From positions 41,790,001 through 41,854,000 of the forward strand of contig OZ076409.1 of the NCBI GenBank assembly GCA_964187785.1: a stretch of 64,000 nucleotides of DNA, written 5' to 3'. Of this stretch, positions 63,099 to 64,000 are shown piece by piece (position 1 is the first letter of the stretch; the number at the start of each line of letters is the position of its first letter). The stretch comes from Amphiscolops sp. MND2022 (lineage: Eukaryota). The notes beneath the pieces are model-generated. The model made no database searches. It saw only the letters and a program-made list of their open reading frames with translations, and had not been told where the DNA came from. A program made the position numbers and the translations under genes.

Positions 63099-64000
63099 AG
63101 GTCATGACAGAGATAAATTTTGAGAATGGTATAAAAAATGAATATTCACCTAATGAATTGTAATAAAACTTTAAAATAATCCTAAAACACTTTGATTCAC
63201 ACTACTTTTACAACTACTAAAGTATTTTTTTACATAATTTAACGCACGAGGGGATCCTCATACTATGAAACATGATGGATCATACTATGAAACCATAGTA
63301 TGATCACATTATGAAACATGGTCGCCGATACACGATTCTCAGTACACGAGTACACGAGTTAATTCACTTTCGCCAAGAGAATCTGGCGAATTACATCTCA
63401 AAAAAATTCTAAACAAGCCAGGAACAGCCCAAGTCGGTGCCCCTCAAGGTTCAACAAGAGCAAAGTGTTTGAAATATTCAAGAGACAAGTGTGATCTTTT
63501 TCAGTTACAATACAGTGCCAAAACACCCGCGGGGTACCTTTGAATGTCGAAAACGCTTTTTTAAAATTGCAAAAATCAGAATAACTGAATTTTCAAATAT
63601 TTGAAAAAAACGACACACAGCGCTGATATAAACCCAAAGTGTTCAAAAAGAGTCTTTGGTGGCGAAAATTTGATAAATATTTCACCCTTCTTCCATTGCA
63701 CTCATCCAGTATGTCACTGGAGCAACATATAGAAATCTAACGGAAGCGCCTTCTAAAATTCGAAATCGACCATGGATCAGAACTGACAAATAAAAGACAG
63801 ATTCTTCAAACAAACAATTATGATTTTTTAAACCACAACACCTGCTTGGGAATTTTCTTTTTCGATGACATCGAAGTGACCTCAACCAAATGTTCTCTAG
63901 TTACAAGAACAATTTTTGTTCGCTATGTTTTGACAAGTCGAACATGTCGAAAAATACTTATGTTTCATAATTTCAACTCTTTCATTAACATAAACTTTCA

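Overview
AT-rich, transposon-dense animal (metazoan) genomic DNA; there is no prokaryotic gene organisation. The only host gene I can support is the 5' part of a DEG/ENaC (ASIC/degenerin family) sodium channel on the + strand. It has four phase-compatible exons at 31286-34187 (HG gating motif, TM1, FPAISICNMN motif), and I found no further exons in the remaining 30 kb. The rest is mostly mobile DNA. (1) A Ty3/Gypsy element at <1-8036 (minus strand) with an 835-bp LTR, a tRNA-Arg-type PBS, a ~2.5-kb leader and an apparent tandem duplication of the aspartic-protease domain. (2) A decayed Gypsy element at ~36.5-43.4 kb. (3) A Mag-like Gypsy element with ~110-bp LTRs in a shared-LTR tandem arrangement, part of which lies in a ~1.7-kb segmental duplication. 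(4) A BEL/Pao gag relic and a LINE RT 3' fragment. (5) Two families of Helentron-type non-autonomous elements (HINE/DINE-like), one with a triplicated 5' end. (6) A CACTA/EnSpm-like MITE family and a piggyBac-like MITE. There are also three spacer-less fold-back palindromes of 592, 102 and 70 bp. All calls come from manual translation and inspection; no database searches were run.
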